From Eledone cirrhosa (lineage: Eukaryota), in contig OZ024742.1 of the NCBI GenBank assembly GCA_964016885.1, positions 261,392,001 to 261,456,000 on the forward strand: 64,000 nt of DNA, read 5' to 3'. Position numbers and translations under genes: made by a program. The first letter of the stretch is position 1. The number at the start of each line of letters is the position of its first letter. Shown here piece after piece: positions 12,780 through 25,559 of this stretch. Below the pieces are notes generated by a model. The model did not search any database, was not told the DNA's origin, and worked only from the letters and a program-made list of their open reading frames with translations.

Positions 12780-14030
12780 CCTTGTTAAGCCTACTCGGTA
12801 ACGTCTATGCTAAGTGTCTGCAAAGAGATGCAGTGAGATTGTCGAGTCAAAGCTAGCTGTTGAACAGTGTGGTGTTCGCCTCAGATGCAGCACAGCCGAC
12901 CATATATACACACTACGGCAGGTCTTCGAGAAATACTGAGATTATTGCCCAGAGGTATATTCTTGTTTAGTAGACCTCGAAAAGGCATATGACTGCGTTC
13001 GTCGGGACCTGCTCCGGAAGGGTCTGCTGGAGTCTCGGTTCGATGGCCAGCTTCTTGCTGCCCTGGTGTCCCTATACGAATGCCAAAGTATTTGTGTTCG
13101 GATAAATGGTGCTAAATCGGACTCTGCTAAGGGTGCGTACTGTCATCTCTCCTGTTCATTATTTTCATGGATTGATATGCGCAGCCGTGTTGGAATTTGC
13201 AGACGACATGGTGTTACTTGACTCGACAGAAGATGATCTTCGACTTGCACTTGATAGATTTGATGCCGAGTGCTGCATGGCTGGAATGAAAATCAGTGCT
13301 GCGAAAACTGAGACACTCGTCCTCTCAAGGAAGCGTGTGCAATGCACTCTCCATGTGAATGGAGTTCCACTGAAGCAGGTGGAAATGTTGAACTATCTCG
13401 CGGCCGTGTTCACGCGTGATGGAGTGTAGGAGGCTGAATTAAGTACAGGAATTGCAGGAAATGGTGCAATGATACTCGCTATCTTCAATTCGGTATTCGT
13501 ATCAACCCTTACCTATGGTCATGAATCAGGTAATGATCGAAAGAATACGATCGTGAATACAAGCAGCCGAAATGGGTTTCCTCTGAAGGGTCTTTGGAGT
13601 AATGTTACTCGGTAGAGTGCGTAGCTCGGAGATTAGAGAGTCACTCCAGGTAGTGCCGTTACTTGTCCGAATTGAGAGATCACAGATCCGATACCATGGG
13701 CATGTGGCTAGAATGTCTCAGGAAAGAATCGCTGGACAGATTTTACAGGCAAAACCAACCGACAGGAAACTCAGGAGTAGACCTCTAACAAGATGGTTGG
13801 ATAACATCCAGGAGCTCGGCTAGTCTCTCTTGGGGGTCATGCCGGACCTGTTGGAGACGGTTGCTTCTGACAGGACCCGCTGGAAGGAGTGTTTGAGAAG
13901 GACTCTGCCCACAGACACGTGTAACTTTGTTGATATCCTCGGGCGTCCCCATGACCCTCTCAGGAGTAAGTGGGCGAAGAAGAAGAAGAAGAAGAAGAAG
14001 AAGAAGAAGAAGAAGAAGAAGAAGAAAAAG
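12780..14030 (+). mobile_element. RTE-clade (Expander/Rex3-like) LINE, 3' half, degenerate, with (GAA)n tail
   Basis: DHIYTLRQVFEKY..VDLEKAYDCV..LEFADDMVLL..IERSQIRYHGHVARM..RPLTRWLD. Confidence 0.85.
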
Positions 14031-14713
14031 AAGACTAATCGACATAACCGTCGGAGGTCCAACAACAATAACAACACTTTAGCTCTGTATATTAATTTGG
14101 GTATCCATGTCGTCCATCTTGTAAAATATAATTGCTTCCAGGTGGTTAATTTATTAAACGGGGTATGATTGTTATGTGTATGTGCGTGTTGATGTGGTTG
14201 TGTGTGTCGGTCTGCATATCGTTGCGAGTGTGTGCGTCTGGGTGTGTGTCTATATGCTTGCGTTTGTGTGTACGTGTTTGTCTGTGTGTGCGCGAATGCG
14301 TGCGTGTGCGCATGTGTGTTGGTGTGTGTGTGCGTGTGTTATGTAATTAATGTACAAATAGGAAGTGTATAATTCCAAGAAGCCCAAGCATTTTCCGACA
14401 TAGCTAATAAATCGTTCTTATCTCAACTCAATCAGTCAGATGTTAGGATTTTACGAGTTAGTAGAACGTTGAAACCATTTGGCATACATGTCAGATCCAC
14501 TTGTCATTAATGTCAAAGAGAGAGAGAGGTGGGACGATGCTTAGTTATTTTGCCAACTCCACAGTTATGCGGTTGTTCATGTATGGTGGGTCAGTGTTTG
14601 GCACAAGATCGTGAGTTCGATTCTTGGACCGAGCGCTGCAGTTCACTCAACCGGCAAGAAATGTGTTGTACCTATTATTTAACAGTACTGTAAAAGTACA
14701 CTGCTTCTTATAC

Positions 14714-14904
14714 TAATAATTGTTTCTACTTTAGGCACAAGGCCAGCAATTACCCAGTGCATTACTGGTACTTTATTCTATCGACCCCGTAAGGATGAAA
14801 GGCAAAGTCAACCTCGGCGGGATTTGAACTCAGATCGTAAAGGGACGTAACTATGCTGGAAAGCATGGCGTCCGACCCTCTACCGATACTGCCAATCCAC
14901 CGCC
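14714..14904 (-). mobile_element. SINE, full copy, inserted at the tail of another SINE
   Basis: A and B boxes, core and tail present. TSD CTTATACT(A/G)ATAAT at 14707 and 14905. Confidence 0.9.
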
Positions 14905-14913
14905 CTTATACTG

Positions 14914-15012
14914 ATAATTGTTTCTACTTTAGGCACAAGGCCAGCAATTACTCAGTGCATTACTGGTACTTTATTTTATCGACCCCGTAAGGATGAAAGG
15001 CAAAGTCAACCT
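14914..15012 (-). mobile_element. SINE, 5'-truncated
   Basis: Tail and core match the adjacent copy. Confidence 0.85.
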
Positions 15013-15190
15013 CTACTTACTGATACATCAACTAATAAAGGATGATTCAGCTATACACGTACACACGAATGAACGTATACACATGCATATACACATACAT
15101 GAATTTATATGTAGATGTACATTTATATAAATATACATACAGCTATGTACGCATACGTACACATATATATATATATATATGTACGCATAC

Positions 15191-15226
<36 letters not shown>

Positions 15227-15242
15227 GCAGACAAACAAACAA

Positions 15243-15325
<83 letters not shown>

Positions 15326-15347
15326 GTGTGTGTGTACGTACGCGTAC

Positions 15348-15458
15348 ATAAATGGTGATAAATCGGACTCCGCCAAGGGTGCGTACTGTCATTTCTCCTG
15401 TTCATTATTTTCATGAACAGGATTGATATGCGCAGCCGAGTTGGAGGTGGTATTCGCC
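15348..15458 (+). mobile_element. Short RTE fragment of the same family as 12780-14030
   Basis: Near-identical to 13101-13195. Confidence 0.8.
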
Positions 15459-15654
15459 CCGTTGTGTAATGTGCACAAATCTATTCATAAGGCACCTATT
15501 GTCATCTATCGTAATGTCCATTTTCCCTAGAATAAAAGATGTTAAAAGGTATTTAAATATTGTATAAAATAATTTTATAAATCATTTAGAATATCTAAAT
15601 ACAGAAAGTTATAAAGAAAATAACAGAAAAGTGTATTCTACGAAAATTATAAAA

Positions 15655-16290
15655 TATTTACAGAACTTCAGTATATACAATGTTTTTTTACTTTTTGGAG
15701 CATATATGAAGAGTGTTGGGGTTTTCCTGGTCTGGAAACTGCCTCTTTTAAATGGAGGCCAACAACCTGCTGTTTTTTTACCTTTGCACTTATAATGGTC
15801 ATTACATAACTGACTCTCACTGGGAATTGCAATCATTTGAAACGAAAAAGGACATCATTTGATATTAGCGGCATTTTGGCTATAAATACGATGTCTCCCT
15901 TATCACATCCAATCAGGATTTTGGCTTCGATAATGTGAGGTTGTAGTTCAGTCACAATCGTGGCTTATCCAGGTTTCTGAGAAGCCTGATGACTGTGCCC
16001 TTCTTAAATTCAAGGTTGTGTGATAGCCTACTGGACAGTTCCAGATTGTTGAGAAATTCAATAACTTTATCGATAGATTTGTAGGCCTGGCTACCCCAAG
16101 GCATCTTTTGTGATATTTTGTTGATGGCATTCACTGTGATGTTTTGGTGGGTAAAGATTGCTCTTTCTCACAGCCACTCTTCATTGTATTGGTGGATTTG
16201 GAAATTGGAGAACACTTAATTACAAAATGATGAAAGATCAAAACATCCTTCAGTATCAAGAGATTGCTTTTCTCTAAATTTAAACGCCTG
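15655..16290 (-). mobile_element. Helitron PIF1-like helicase C-terminal fragment (pseudogenised)
   Basis: WL*ERAIFTHQNITVNAIN..EFLNNLELS..LEFKKGTVIRLLRNLDKPRL..FRFK*LQFPVRVSYVMTI..NIVYTEVL*. Confidence 0.85.
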
Positions 16291-16583
16291 AGAGGTGCTT
16301 AACTGTAACTCCGAGTGGCCCCCTCCCTTCCTGCCTCTGTTATTAGCACTAAAGAAATCTCTGAGGCTGGGGAAATTTGATGATCCCCTCCTCATTCCAT
16401 ATTTGGAAGAGACGGCGATTGCAAGCATGTGGAAGGTCGAGTTAGTTGAAAACACGAAAAAACCTAGGTAAGAATATTTCTTCACGATCCCCATAATTAT
16501 ATATATATAAAGAACTCGAAGTTTGAAAGCCACGACAATTCGAAATGGACGGATAAACAAACAAGTCGGATGAAACAAGATGT

Positions 16584-16625
<42 letters not shown>

Positions 16626-17320
16626 CCCCCTCTTTCTCATTTCTTTTTTTCTCTATCTGTATGTCTCTCTCTGTCTCTCCCTCTCTCACTCTCTCTCAAT
16701 TTCTTTCTCTTTCTCTCTCACATTTACACACACACAAACATGTGTGCATGTGAGTGTTTGGGCTAATACTCATTTAAATTGGTCAGTCAACGGAAGAGTC
16801 AACTCATGAAATTAATGTGGAAGTGGCTGAACATTCTACAGACACATTTACCCTTGACTACAACAACAACAATAGTATAAGTAACAGTCGCTGCACCAAC
16901 ACGTACTACAATTACAATACAATCAAAATACCAACTATATGACAACAACAATAAGAGCATCAACATCTACCACAATGAAAGCAACAACAACAACAACATG
17001 ATAGTAAATCGTGATTGTTAATTCAGCGTGTAACAATTATTCTGTCACTGAATGTGCTGCTGCCGTCTCCTTAGGCAAAGCATTCAACCCTACTTGCTTT
17101 TGAGAGAAAAGACGACGACATTTTGTGTGTAATTCAGAAGAACGCATCACATTATTATCATCAGTCGTATTATTATGTACGCCATAACGTCATTTTTGTA
17201 CGTTGAAATAACGAGTTCTTTTCAATTTCAACTGCTACTAACAGGCTTTTGTGAAAGAATTCATATACACACACATAAACACACGCATACGTACATGCTC
17301 ATATATATATATATACATGA

Positions 17321-17361
<41 letters not shown>

Positions 17362-17403
17362 GTATATATATATTATATATGTATATATATATATATATAC
17401 ATT

Positions 17404-17495
<92 letters not shown>

Positions 17496-17965
17496 GTAAG
17501 CAGAAATAACAATACAATCGGTACAATATAGGGAAGGAATATATTAGTTTAACGCTTGAAATAGCAGATATGTATAATACATGTATGTATGTATTAAACG
17601 AGGATTTGTTTGTTTGTTTTTTTTAGTACTGTTTGGTATTCCTTCTTAAGTTTCCACACAGTTTTTTTTCCTCTCTTCTTTTATTTAAACATTGCCTTTC
17701 TCCCTTTCCTTCCCCTAAACCTTTTCCTTACTTTCGTTATATATGTATATTGTTGCCAGAACGTGTGGTTGTAATCAATCAAGAAAGAGCCCTCAATATG
17801 TAATCGTGGAGGTAAATATACTATATTATATAAAATACATAGCAAACTGAGGTATACCTTCCAAGTTTCCCAACTACTGACGAACGTTGTAATATCAACT
17901 TGATCCGGAAAACTCCGAGTACATAGGAAGGTACACGCCAGTTTGTCATGTATTTAATAAAATAG

Positions 17966-18003
<38 letters not shown>

Positions 18004-18004
18004 C

Positions 18005-18058
<54 letters not shown>

Positions 18059-18268
18059 GATAACAAGTTATCGTTATAGGTAATCCAGTTAGAGGTTGTG
18101 AGTATTCCGTATTGTGGATAGTTTTAACGTACGGCGTTGTTTGACTCAATAAGATGTTTCCATCGTTAGGTAGCGAGTTCGCGAGAATTCCTATGCAGGT
18201 TATTCTTGGAGTAATAGTAGTGAAAGATTGAAGAATAACATGGTCGGCTGTACAAAAAGGTTTTATTT

Positions 18269-18385
18269 CTAGTATTAACAATTGTTTCATTGATCAGGTG
18301 AGTCTAAAGGCCGCTAATCACTCGAAGTTGTGTCACTCGACCTTAAATACAGTGTTTACCTCTGATCAAATCATCGGAATACTGG
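18269..18385 (-). ncRNA. Type I HHR-like motif with variant core CCGAUGA
   Basis: Mirror copy of 19280-19396. Confidence 0.6.
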
Positions 18386-19085
18386 AGATTTTACATATGG
18401 CATTGGTATTTATAGATACCACGGAGAATCAAAACAATAACATCAATAATACAAGATAATAATAAAGAAGTAAAGAAGTTAGAATGAAGATGAAAAAATA
18501 AGTAAAAATAATAATAAGTACAGAATACGATTGCTGATAATAGTGGTGGGGGGGGGGGTGATTAAAGTTACAGTGGTGAGTAAGTGTATGTGTAAAGACG
18601 TGGTAAGGGTAGAGATAATACTAACATGAAACGAAACATTAGATACATACATAGTACGTAGTGGTCAAATCTCAGAGGGTTAGAGTAGAAAATTAAAAAA
18701 TAGTAACAATTGACAGATAAAAGATAATAATTTAAAAATTAAGTGAGAGGGGAGGAGATACAGGACAAGAGACAGAGAGTGGGGGTGACGATACGATGAA
18801 ACGTGTGGTAAATGTCTGCATGCTGATTGTCTTATCTTAAAGGGGGTGATGTGGCTTTAGGGAGAGAGAGTGAAAGAAAGGTTAGGAGATTTATGATGTT
18901 GATTTAGTGACCAGATGGTCAGTTGACAGCTAATAACAGTGGGGTGGTATGTAGTTAGTACATTAAAATCCGGGTGGTTCTGCTTGAATTCTGAGATTGC
19001 TGGATCGAATCATGTTGGTTTGAAATTTGCGAACTTGGTAGCTGCTTTGTGCCTAATTTTCTGTAGGCACAAAGCAGCTACCAAG

Positions 19086-19215
19086 ACATTTATGGTCTGA
19101 GTTCAAATCCCGCCGAGGTTAACTTTGCCTTTCATCCTTACGGGGTCAATAAAATAAAGTACCAGTAATACACTGGGATAATTGCTGGCCTTGTGCCAAA
19201 AGTAGAAACAATAAT
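19086..19215 (+). mobile_element. SINE, 5'-truncated
   Basis: B-box, core and tail present. Confidence 0.85.
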
Positions 19216-19279
19216 TGATGTTATTGTTTTGATTCTCCGTTGTATCTCTATATAAATACCAATGCCATATGTAAAACCT

Positions 19280-19396
19280 CCAGTATTCCGATGATTTGAT
19301 CAGAGGTAAACACTGTATTTAAGGTCGAGTGACGTAGCTTCGAGTGATTAGCGGCCTTTAAACTCACCTGATCAATGAAACAATTGTTAATACTAG
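19280..19396 (+). ncRNA. Type I HHR-like motif with variant core CCGAUGA and a long stem II
   Basis: Stem I CCAGUAUU/AAUACUAG, stem II UUGAUCAG/CUGAUCAA, GAAA, palindromic stem III CAAUUG, GUU^. Confidence 0.6.
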
Positions 19397-19442
19397 AAAT
19401 AAAGCCTTTTTGTACAACCGACCATGTTATTCTTCAATCTTT

Positions 19443-19489
<47 letters not shown>

Positions 19490-19924
19490 AAAAAATATTT
19501 ACAGTAATTATATAAATTAGTAATGTCTTTTTTTAAAGTATTTTTTTATCGGAAAATACTTTAACAAAGACATTACTAATTTACATAATTACTCTAAATA
19601 TTTTTTCTTAAATATATACACATATGCTATTTATTTTTTATCGAAAAATGAATAAAAATTAAGTTTAAAATCATACTTTAGGTTCTGCATTTGTTTTGTG
19701 CAGTTTTACAAAATTCAACTTGAACCATCTTTTCAATTGGAGGGAACAATTTTGATGGAATATATATTTCCAGACCAACCGAATATTGTCAGCATAGTGT
19801 GTTCACAGATTGTCGATATAGTGAATTTATGTAATTGTATTCACTTTAGGTAAGGTCTCTTACCTCATGATAGAGTCCTAGGGGACCATCCTAATACACG
19901 GGGGTTTTTGGCAATTTTAAATCT

Positions 19925-20070
19925 CGTGGTACCCATCTTTATTGATCTCGAAAGCATGAAATGTGAAGTTGACCTCGGTGTGATTTGAACTCAAGGCGCA
20001 GTGAGCCGGAACAAATACCGAGGCATTGTTAATCTCCCACTTTAATGGATCTGCCAAACTGCTGTCTTTG
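19925..20070 (-). mobile_element. Older SINE subfamily copy
   Basis: GAAGTTGACCTCGGTGTGATTTGAACTC and a degenerate A-box. Confidence 0.65.
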
Positions 20071-20879
20071 TATTTATTTTAGATATTATTAAAGGCGAGC
20101 AAGTGCTGGTACTATTGCTAATTGTTAATAAGTTTGGGATTGGTAGGAATTTCTAATTTTCCGATACATACACACAAATATTGGAAAGGTGTATAATCGA
20201 TTGTAAATTCTTCAGAGAATTATATGCGGCCTTCTACCTCCTCTGCCACCTTAAGTCTGAGTATGATGAGGATCTCTAACGTCATTAGGAAGCGATGAGG
20301 GATAATATTGATTGAGTCGTCCCCCAGTATATGTCTGGGTGAGTGAAAAGCAAAATCGAAAGTACATTCTATAAGACATTTTTACATAACGGACACTCTA
20401 CCGATTCTGCAATACCATCCAAGGAATTCCGATTTGAGTAAACAATTTATCTCATATCTGAACATGCATGCACACACTTACCCACACATTTATTCACGCA
20501 CCCACATGCACATACTCATATACATACACACGTGTGTATACACACAAACATGTGCGCACGCTCTTACACACACTCCCACAAACGTACATATACATATATA
20601 TATATATAGGTACTCACCCATACACATACATTCTCTCACACACACACTCGCGCGCACTCACACGTACACTTACATACACACTCACTCGCACATATGCACA
20701 CGTACTTGATATAATAAAAGTAATGACAGTGAAGCGTTGAAGGCAATTAGCAGACTAATAATTATAAAATGGAATCCTTTGATTGCCCGACTGAACAGTG
20801 TTGTTAAAGAGATACCATCCTTAAAACATTAAAGATATTCAGCATCCGACCCTTCCACTCATACAATACAAAATGTGTG

Positions 20880-21130
20880 CATCTTCTGCCTTTATTACAA
20901 CAACGTCTGTGATCTCTAGCGTGCTCAGGAGGTTGGCCTTATTTTCCTAACACTCTCCTTCCTATACATCAACAAGCTACTTGCCGTACCCGCCGACAAC
21001 GCCAACTCATACTCAGATGATGCCACCCTGCATCACCACCCTGATATTTAATACCAAGCGCCTTTCCACGCGCAAACTAGACATTTCTCGCCGAATCTTC
21101 ACCGACTCCATTAACAAAATCACTCGAATA
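20880..21130 (+). mobile_element. CR1/Jockey-type RT fragment
   Basis: SFLYINKLLAVPADNANSYSDDATLH matches the YADD region. Confidence 0.6.
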
Positions 21131-21629
21131 TAACTTTCAGTTTAGGTTTGGTCCTCTGCAGTTTTATCCAGAACGGCAAAGGGGGATCCTAGTGGACTAT
21201 TATTGTTTAAGAGAAATTTATCTTTCTTTTACTTAGGGTTTTTTTTTTATGTTTCAAACTTCTTTGTACTTTAATTGCTTTTTTTTAAAATCTAATGGAG
21301 CCTTTCCTGGGAGGAGCGTTCGTCCTTGGGAATTATGTCTCATGGGGTTTTGTTCAGATTCTGAGGGCGCCTAAAGAGTTCTAGGGCACAGAAACGTTCT
21401 CTTCCCCCACCCCCCAGAAAATCGAATTTTGATACATCATATTTAACTCATGTGATTTATAATAGAAATAAACTTTGTTGGCCATTGTTGATACAAATCT
21501 AAATTTAATATACGATTTATCAAAATATATTTGATATATTTGTCTTAGGTTTTATAGTTATTTGATTTGTTTTCTCCAGACATAACTGATAGAAAGATAA
21601 ATCGTGATTTTTACAAACACACACGCGTA

Positions 21630-21709
<80 letters not shown>

Positions 21710-21795
21710 CGTGTGTGTGTGTGTGTGTGTTCTTCTAGTTTTATAATTTCACAAATTTTGTGTATGTATGCATGTATGTGTGTATGTATGTATAA

Positions 21796-21841
<46 letters not shown>

Positions 21842-21892
21842 ATATGTATGTATGTGTGTATGTATGTATGTTTGTATGTATGTATATGCATA

Positions 21893-22235
21893 GCAACCCT
21901 GATGGTATCCAATGATGTTGACTTGTTCTTCTTTTTGGGTAAATATCATCTTGGTTAAGAGAGTGGGACTGGCTTTGTGCAGTGCCTTTGCTCACTATAA
22001 AAGCTTCACAGCACAGGCATTGCTTTATATCTGGAGATCTCTCTGCACTTGTCGTCACATGGTATCATGGGCCCAGCACTATGTGTCAATAATTGTCACA
22101 AGTGTAGTGTTTGTACCAGAGTTTTCAAGTCGCTGGCTGGACTAAAAAGTCACACTCGTTCAGCGCATCGGTAGGGGTTCTCCTACATGGATATAAAGTA
22201 GTGGCCGTACTCGAAATGAGTTGGCAGCCACCATG
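21893..22235 (+). mobile_element. LINE-derived remnant ending in a C2H2 finger; its 5' part has an inverted homologue at about 26990-27150
   Basis: HKCSVCTRVFKSLAGLKSHTRSAHR* at about 22097-22174. 21905-22050 matches the reverse complement of about 27005-27147. Confidence 0.5.
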
Positions 22236-22514
22236 TATATACTATATATACATATAGATAGGTGAAATGTGTTGAAGAGTGAAACATCAGAAGTCTATAT
22301 CTTCATATATAAATTCCTTATATCTATAAAAAAAATCCACAAAAAGAAAGATTTGTATGGTGTGATGATATAAGCGATTGACTTCCGGAATAGTGAGGGT
22401 GGCAATCATCATCTTCGAACGAATACATGTACTCTGCCAGAATGTTGTGACATTACGCTAAGTATTGTGTGTGTAGAGGATTTCTCTCGGTTCCGACGGC
22501 GGGTGTTTCAGTTG

Positions 22515-22745
22515 ATTCGATTAACGGTCAAACTGCTCAGGTGATTAACGTACAAGTAACTGAGAATTATACAGAGATGCGCCCCTTTAACGTAGTTCTT
22601 AGGGGGATCCAGCGTAGCGCAGTGTGCGACAAGACTGGACCTGAATTACAGAGACAACTAATTTTTTCCAGCTGAATTGGCTTGCTAGAGCAATGTGAAA
22701 TAAAGTGTTTTATTGAAGAACACAGCACGCCGCCCAGAATCGAAT
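22515..22745 (-). mobile_element. Second SINE family copy (degenerate)
   Basis: Shares the motifs GTAACTGAG..ACAGA..CCCTTAACGTAG..GACAAGACTGGA with the fragments at about 296-390 and 16780-16860. Confidence 0.55.
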
Positions 22746-23077
22746 AGATTCTAATCCATCGTGTTGCTGAGATTGGTACACATGTTTTATTCTAAATATC
22801 TTGCTGTTAGTTGTATGTGTTATATATGAAAGAATATAAACCTATAACACATTCCCTTCACCTAAAATCACATATGTGATATATTTTGCGTATCGGCTGC
22901 AGTCATCAAATATGACCCGATCAGATGTGATGAAACAAAATTAGATGAACTATCAGAAAAACCGCCCAGCAGGTGGTTTTCTTCTAGCGTATGTAGTGAG
23001 CATATTGGTATTATACGCAAATATATATGCATATAGATATATGTAAATTGAAAAGTAAATTGACAATATCTTCGCGC

Positions 23078-23692
23078 ACTTATTTCTAAGAGGGTCGTGG
23101 GGGCAGAGTCCTTCTCACACACTCCTTCCAGCGAGTCTGTCAGTAGCAAATATCTCTAACTGATCCAGCTGGATCCCAAAGCGTGACCAGCCAAGCTCAT
23201 ATCTTGCTCAAGGTCTACCTCTGGCTCTCTTGCCGGTTGGTTTTGCCTGTAAAATGTGTCCAATGATTCTTTACTGAGACATTCTAACCACATGCCCTTA
23301 ATATCGGAGTTGTGATCTCGTAATTCGGAGAAGTAGCAATTCTACCAGGAGTGACTCTCTGGTCTCTGAGCTATGCACTTTATCGAGTAACATTACTCCA
23401 AAGATCCTTCGGAGGAACCCCATTTCTGGTGCTTGTATTTGCAATTGTATTCTTTTGGTCATTACCCAAGATTCATGACCCTCGGTAAGAGTTGGCAGGA
23501 ATACCAGGCAGACAGCGAGTTTGGCTTTTAGACCTACCTCCCTTCTTCTGATACTGAATGCTGAAGTTGGCGCATTACTGCATCAGCTTTTGCAATTCTT
23601 GCACTTAATTCAGCCTCCTGCCTTCCATCACTCTTGAACACGGCCTCGAGATACTTTTCTAATTGCTTCAGTAGAACTCCATTCACATGTAT
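23078..23692 (-). mobile_element. RTE-clade LINE 3' fragment, same family as 12780-14030
   Basis: HVNGVLLKQLEKYLEAVFKSDGRQEAELSARIAKA. The reverse complement aligns with 13350-13965. Confidence 0.85.
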
Positions 23693-23884
23693 ATAAATTT
23701 GAGAGACTTCTGTCCATCCGTCCATCACACAGTGTGTGTGAATGTATGTGTGCGTAAAAGGAAGGAAGGGGATACACACATATACATGTCCCAAAATTAA
23801 AAACAGTGACACACACACACACACATCTCTAATTTAAGAGCACCGATAAACTCACAAGCGCGCACATACGCACACTGTCCTATT

Positions 23885-23995
23885 ACCACTTAAGAGCTTT
23901 GGCCCGGGCAAACATCCCCTCAATTCTAAAACCGTCTGGGTTGTCCAGAATTGATGGGAAAACACCTGACGGTCTTACCCTGTATCCCTGGTTAA
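23885..23995 (+). mobile_element. CRE-like non-LTR element, RLE fragment
   Basis: RALARANIPSILKPSGLSRIDGKTPDGLTLYPW matches the EPxGLxRxDGKRPDGxTLxPW motif. Confidence 0.7.
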
Positions 23996-24453
23996 CCAAA
24001 AGAGTCGCCAACTGTGACGTCCCAGATAAGACTTGTGTGTTTTTTCTTCCTTTTTTCCTTTGTATATATTATATTTGTTTGTGTTTTCGAAAAAAAAAAA
24101 ATAAACCGTTATCTTATATTTTTATACAAAGGAGTCTTTTAAAAAAAGAGTTAAACTGTGTTGTTAATAAATAAATAAAAAGTTTTACTTCATTTTACCC
24201 TCCCATTTCTAATTTATCGAACGCTGCTATCATGATTGTATGACTCTATGTGTGTGTTTGTGTAAATGTATGTGTGAATGTATGTATGTGTTTGTGTGAA
24301 AGTAAGTTTGTGTTTGCGCGATTATAGTTATTTACTCATACATATAAATATATGTATATTCACATACACATACGCACACACATACACATATGCGTCAGCG
24401 TGTTGAAAAAAATCCTAATCTCTTGATCTTTCTCTTTCACTCTCTCTCTCTCT

Positions 24454-24640
<187 letters not shown>

Positions 24641-24806
24641 GTTGAAGTGGTGGTGGTGGCGGCGATTTACCAGAAATGTAGAAATTTTAAAATTTTAAAA
24701 GAAGGGAACCTTGAAATAAGCAATAAAATTATTTATATTTAATCAAGAGTTATGAAATTTAGTAGATAAATTATGTAATATTCATTCATTATTTATTCAA
24801 AGTAAA

Positions 24807-24995
24807 GGGCGTGGATTGGCAGTATCAGTAGACGGTCCGACGCCATGCTTTCCAGCATAGTTACGTCCCTTTACGATCTGAGTTCAAATCCCGCCGAGGT
24901 TGACTTTGCCTTTCATCCTTACGGGGTCGATAAAATAAAGTACCAGTAATGCACTGGGTAATTGCTGGCCTTGTGCCTAAAGTAGAAACAATTAT
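24807..24995 (+). mobile_element. SINE, full copy with 18-bp TSD
   Basis: TSD ATTATTTATTCAAAGTAA at 24788 and 24991. Confidence 0.92.
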
Positions 24996-25559
24996 TTATT
25001 CAAAGTAATCCAACTTATTTTACTAACGGGATAAAAAGATATATTCAGGACACAGTCCTGCACTCCTTCCTTTATCATATTGTGATACGTAAATATGAAT
25101 GCATAAATAAGATATGAATCCGAAGAAGTTTACGTCTTCTATTCAGAACAAAAGACTACAAATTGGCGAATTAAATACATCGGTGTTTATTGCGGCTCAC
25201 TGAACGTTGAGTTCAGATCCCAATTAGGTCAACTTTGCCTTTCATCCTTTCGAGGTCAATAGATAAAGTACTTGTCCACAAAAGAGGTTAGTTAATCCAT
25301 GGTCTCTCTTTATCACTTTCTTTCTCTCTCCTCCACCGCCCTCTCCCCCTCTCTGAAAAAAAGAAATCGACTGTTTTGCAATTGAAGAGGGAAGGGCTCC
25401 ACCAAGTTTAAAATTCACCCCTGTGACTCAATTAGGAGTTAAGGGTTATCTCCATTCAGAACCAGAGGTGAACAGTCCACACGATATTTTAGTCAATGCC
25501 CAGCGAACCGCTAGAATAGGTAAAAATAAACAGCTGAAAAAATTTCACAAAATGTCACC

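Larger units (their letters stand above)
18058..19447. mobile_element. PLE-like 3' remnant with head-to-head inverted terminal repeats (about 18215-18452 / 19213-19447), each carrying an HHR motif
   Basis: Inverted arms of about 235 bp with high identity, (TA)n on both outer sides, and a SINE just inside the right arm. Confidence 0.7.

Noticed and set aside
16290-16480. Possible host exon ending at AG|GTAAGA
   Set aside because: No recognisable protein and no partner exons.
17875-17930. CUGACGA...GAAAACUCCGAGUA hammerhead candidate within a small inverted repeat
   Set aside because: Stem II and stem I pairing are too poor to call.
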